Shown here: one piece after another, positions 61,418-64,000 of the stretch
How the letters are laid out: each line of letters begins with the position of its first letter
How positions within the stretch are numbered: the stretch's first letter is position 1
Source of the DNA: Gemmatales bacterium
GTDB lineage: Bacteria > Planctomycetota > Planctomycetia > Gemmatales > HRBIN36
DNA length: 64,000 nucleotides
Assembly: GCA_041640595.1 (NCBI GenBank)
Contig: JBEPZY010000003.1
Coordinates: forward strand, 244,773-308,772
Direction of reading: 5' to 3'
Made by a program: the position numbers and the translations under genes
The notes under the pieces: model-generated
What the model was told of the DNA's origin: nothing
Databases searched by the model: none
The model's input: the letters and a program-made list of their open reading frames with translations, nothing else

Positions 61418-62299
61418 CTATTGCGGCGCAATAGGCTGAGTAGCTCGAGTGCCGATGTTGAAAAATTTTATTACTCCTTCCAGGTCGCCCTGGTAAACAA
61501 AACCCCGTGCTGTGTCGGCAATCCGACACTGGGGCAGCAACTTGCGGGCCTCAGCGATCAGGAGCTCAGGCATCACGCTCGTCAATCGAAACATCAGCCG
61601 AGCGTATTCATCGGGCAATACGCTCTCGTTGTCCGGAAAGTAGATCACAGGGCCAGGCATCGCCGAAATACACGCATTGAAAAGCAGCACCTGTCCGTCG
61701 GTGGTTTGCAGGTTGCGAATGCGTTGCACCGCCAATTCCACCTGCTGCAGGACCGTCGGCGTCATCCGACCGGATTCATCGGTGGGCTGACCGTCGGTCA
61801 AATTCATGACCACCGGCGGATAGGCATTCGGATATCGCTGCACAAAAGCCTCCAGTGCGCGATAAGCCAGTTCCAGAGCCTCGAACATCGGGGTCGGGCC
61901 CTCGGCTTTTGGCTCGAACCAGATAGGAAAATTCACCGTATACGTGGTCAACCCGCCCGCGCCATCGTAAATCGTTTTATCACGACGCTCGACCCGCAGC
62001 GGATTCATGGCAATCTGGCTGATCGGAAGCAACTCCCCGGACTGCAGCGTTCCGCCCAGGGTGAAGCCCACGTCCGCACCATATCCGATGATGCCCACGA
62101 AATACCGATCCAGTATTTCGTCTCCTTTCGTTGCTCGGGAGACCAGTTCGGCCAAACATCGGTTCAGGGCATCCGCGACACCGTCGGCTTTGCGAATGTT
62201 GGGGTTGTTGCCAAACGGTTCGCTCATCGAACCGGACTGATCGATCAGGAACAGGAAGCAGGTCGGATTTCGGCGACTGATTTCCGCACTGTAAGCCAT
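61418..62299 (-). CDS. von Willebrand factor A domain protein (TerY-like)
   Basis: FLIDQSGSM (MIDAS DxSxS), GPTPM, NLTDGQPTD. Confidence 0.88.
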   Translation of the reverse strand: MAYSAEISRRNPTCFLFLIDQSGSMSEPFGNNPNIRKADGVADALNRCLAELVSRATKGDEILDRYFVGIIGYGADVGFTLGGTLQSGELLPISQIAMNPLRVERRDKTIYDGAGGLTTYTVNFPIWFEPKAEGPTPMFEALELAYRALEAFVQRYPNAYPPVVMNLTDGQPTDESGRMTPTVLQQVELAVQRIRNLQTTDGQVLLFNACISAMPGPVIYFPDNESVLPDEYARLMFRLTSVMPELLIAEARKLLPQCRIADTARGFVYQGDLEGVIKFFNIGTRATQPIAPQ

Positions 62300-62394
62300 G
62301 CCGCATCCTCCAACGGTCGAGCCACGATTTTCCAGACGCCGCTGGCTATACGAATTTCATTATTACGGCCCAATAGCCGCCGGACAAGCAGCCC

Positions 62395-62501
62395 GGACAG
62401 CCGTCGGCCGAGCAGCGGGAAACATGCCCGTCGAACATCGCTGGCTCGAATCCGGCCGCTCGGTTGGACACTCGTGGGCCGGGCTGCGGGGAACATGCCC
62501 G
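62395..62501. repeat. 36-bp direct repeat pair flanking a 35-bp unique insert
   Basis: 62395-62430 vs 62466-62501, 6 mismatches. Confidence 0.75.
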
Positions 62502-62559
62502 GCTCAACGCCAGCGCACACCGAGCCAATCGCGTCTATGTCCTGGCCCCGCGGGTGGCG

Positions 62560-63540
62560 TTACTGGCCGGGACGCCACAGGTACCAGAAGACGGCCGCGG
62601 AGCTCTCGGTGCCGAACACGGTATCCAGCCCTGGCACATGCACGCGAACATCCACGCGGCTGGGAAAGCGTGGCCCGGCGTAGATGCTCCCCCGATAACC
62701 GCCTTCCCGATCGTAGGCGACTACGTAAGCGTCGCGGATACCAGCCAGCTCCTTCGCACGGGCAATAGCATCGTCGAGGTAACCGATTTCGTCCACCAGT
62801 CCGTACTGTTTGGCCTCCGCAGCGGTATAAACGCGACCATCGGCGAGTCGGCGGACGTATTCTTCCGGCAATTTTCGTCCAGCACAGACGACAGCGATGA
62901 ACTGGTCGTGATACTGGTTGACGATGTTTTGCAGGATGGTTCGTTCTTCCTCGGTCATTTTGCGAGCGGGATTGCCGAGGTCTTTGTTGACGCCGGATTT
63001 AATGGGCTCGGAGGTAATGCCGAGTTTGCTACACAGCCCCTCCAGATTGTACAGGCTCATGATCACGCCGATGCTGCCGGTGGTGGTTGTCGGATGAGCG
63101 ACAATCCAGTCGCAGGCAGTGGCGACGTAATACCCGCCGCTGGCTGCCACGTCCATCAGGCAAGCCACCACTGGTTTGCCGGTGGTCTGGCGGAAGGCGA
63201 GCAGGTCGCGGTGCATGATGTCGCTGGCGGTCACGGCTCCGCCGGGGCTGTTGATGCGCACCACCACCGCTCGGACGTAAGGATCGCCGGCCGCCGTCTC
63301 CAGTTTCTCCCGAAACTCCGAGACCGGATTGCTCCCATCACTGAGGAAGCCGGGCTTTCGCTCGTTGACGATCAGGCCGTTGACGTCCACCAGGGCGATT
63401 TTCTGCAGTGTCCAGCCGCGGGCCTCCTGAACAATTTGCTCCTCAAAAGGCCCGTCGCTGTGGATAGGTTTGATGAGCAGGGCATTCGCACAGCCACTCA
63501 GCAGCGGTATCAGGAGCACAGCCAGAGTCGCGCGCGTCAT
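62560..63540 (-). CDS. sppA: Signal peptide peptidase, S49 family (lipoprotein)
   Basis: LSGC lipobox, RINSPGG, AASGGYY, TGSIGVI, KSG..KD, DGRVYT, GLVDEIG. Confidence 0.92.
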   Translation of the reverse strand: MTRATLAVLLIPLLSGCANALLIKPIHSDGPFEEQIVQEARGWTLQKIALVDVNGLIVNERKPGFLSDGSNPVSEFREKLETAAGDPYVRAVVVRINSPGGAVTASDIMHRDLLAFRQTTGKPVVACLMDVAASGGYYVATACDWIVAHPTTTTGSIGVIMSLYNLEGLCSKLGITSEPIKSGVNKDLGNPARKMTEEERTILQNIVNQYHDQFIAVVCAGRKLPEEYVRRLADGRVYTAAEAKQYGLVDEIGYLDDAIARAKELAGIRDAYVVAYDREGGYRGSIYAGPRFPSRVDVRVHVPGLDTVFGTESSAAVFWYLWRPGQ

Positions 63541-64000
63541 AGCGGGATTCCTGCGTGGGGGATAGCAAGTCCTGGATTTTCAGGCCGGAGGTGGCGATGT
63601 ATAATGAAGAGAAATTCCGCTGTCAACGGCGTAGTGGTTGTCGCCGCAACACGAACTCTTCCGCCAATTTCCCGCCGACTTCGAGGGAGAAGGAGAATGG
63701 TAGCCACACTGCCCGGATGCGACGTGATCGTCATGGGGGGCGGTCCAGCCGGTGGCCCAATCTCCAGGGGAGGGCTTGTGCCTTTCTACCAATAGACCGG
63801 TGCAAGGGATGGACCATGTTCCATTCGCCACGGTAGCTTCTGGTGACAGCCACACGCAGTTTGTCATCAACCGGCGTGCAGGTGCATGTGTGTTCCGCGA
63901 AAGCAGCCTCGATATCGGCCCAAACGTGTCTCGTCCACCGATGCGCTCGCTACGGGTATTGCCACCTCCACCGGCAAAAGGCGTATGCAGTTCCTTCGAT

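Noticed and set aside
1..64000. rRNA, tRNA, integrase or transposase genes
   Set aside because: None recognised by eye; a covariance-model scan was not possible.

Overview
A 64 kb GC-rich bacterial chromosome segment. Gene content (H4MPT/methanofuran-type C1 genes, DUF6263-like and large secreted proteins, CACGG..GCTnACGC..CCGCTC REP elements) suggests a planctomycete, probably Gemmatales-like; this is an inference. Most of it is housekeeping: purD, tadA, metG, nadD, gyrB, dciA-like, dnaN, mrp, pdxJ, larB, cysK, prs, queC/queD, pabB and sppA. Accessory features are (i) a divergent, apparently sigma-54-driven stress/hibernation island (3x Hsp20, a baeRF1-family factor, an HPF-sigma4 fusion), (ii) five translationally coupled Uma2 (PD-(D/E)XK) genes with near-identical ends and a hypervariable middle, (iii) a type II R-M pair, (iv) three REP/REPIN clusters, and (v) a vWA-PP2C-kinase (TerY-P-like) triad whose kinase carries a membrane region, 4 Ig-like repeats and a hypervariable WD40 propeller. 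The most striking unexplained signal recurs in six intergenic regions: a local 36-38 bp (or ~30 bp) segment is directly duplicated around a unique 35-39 bp insert. This is CRISPR repeat-spacer geometry, but the repeat sequence differs at each locus and no cas genes are present. One example (42859-43044) has three repeats that start in the middle of a REP hairpin, and a ~1 kb compound stack lies at 21381-22394. The pattern resembles naturally accumulated neo-CRISPR / off-target spacer-integration scars. All annotations come from motif recognition by eye; no database searches were run.
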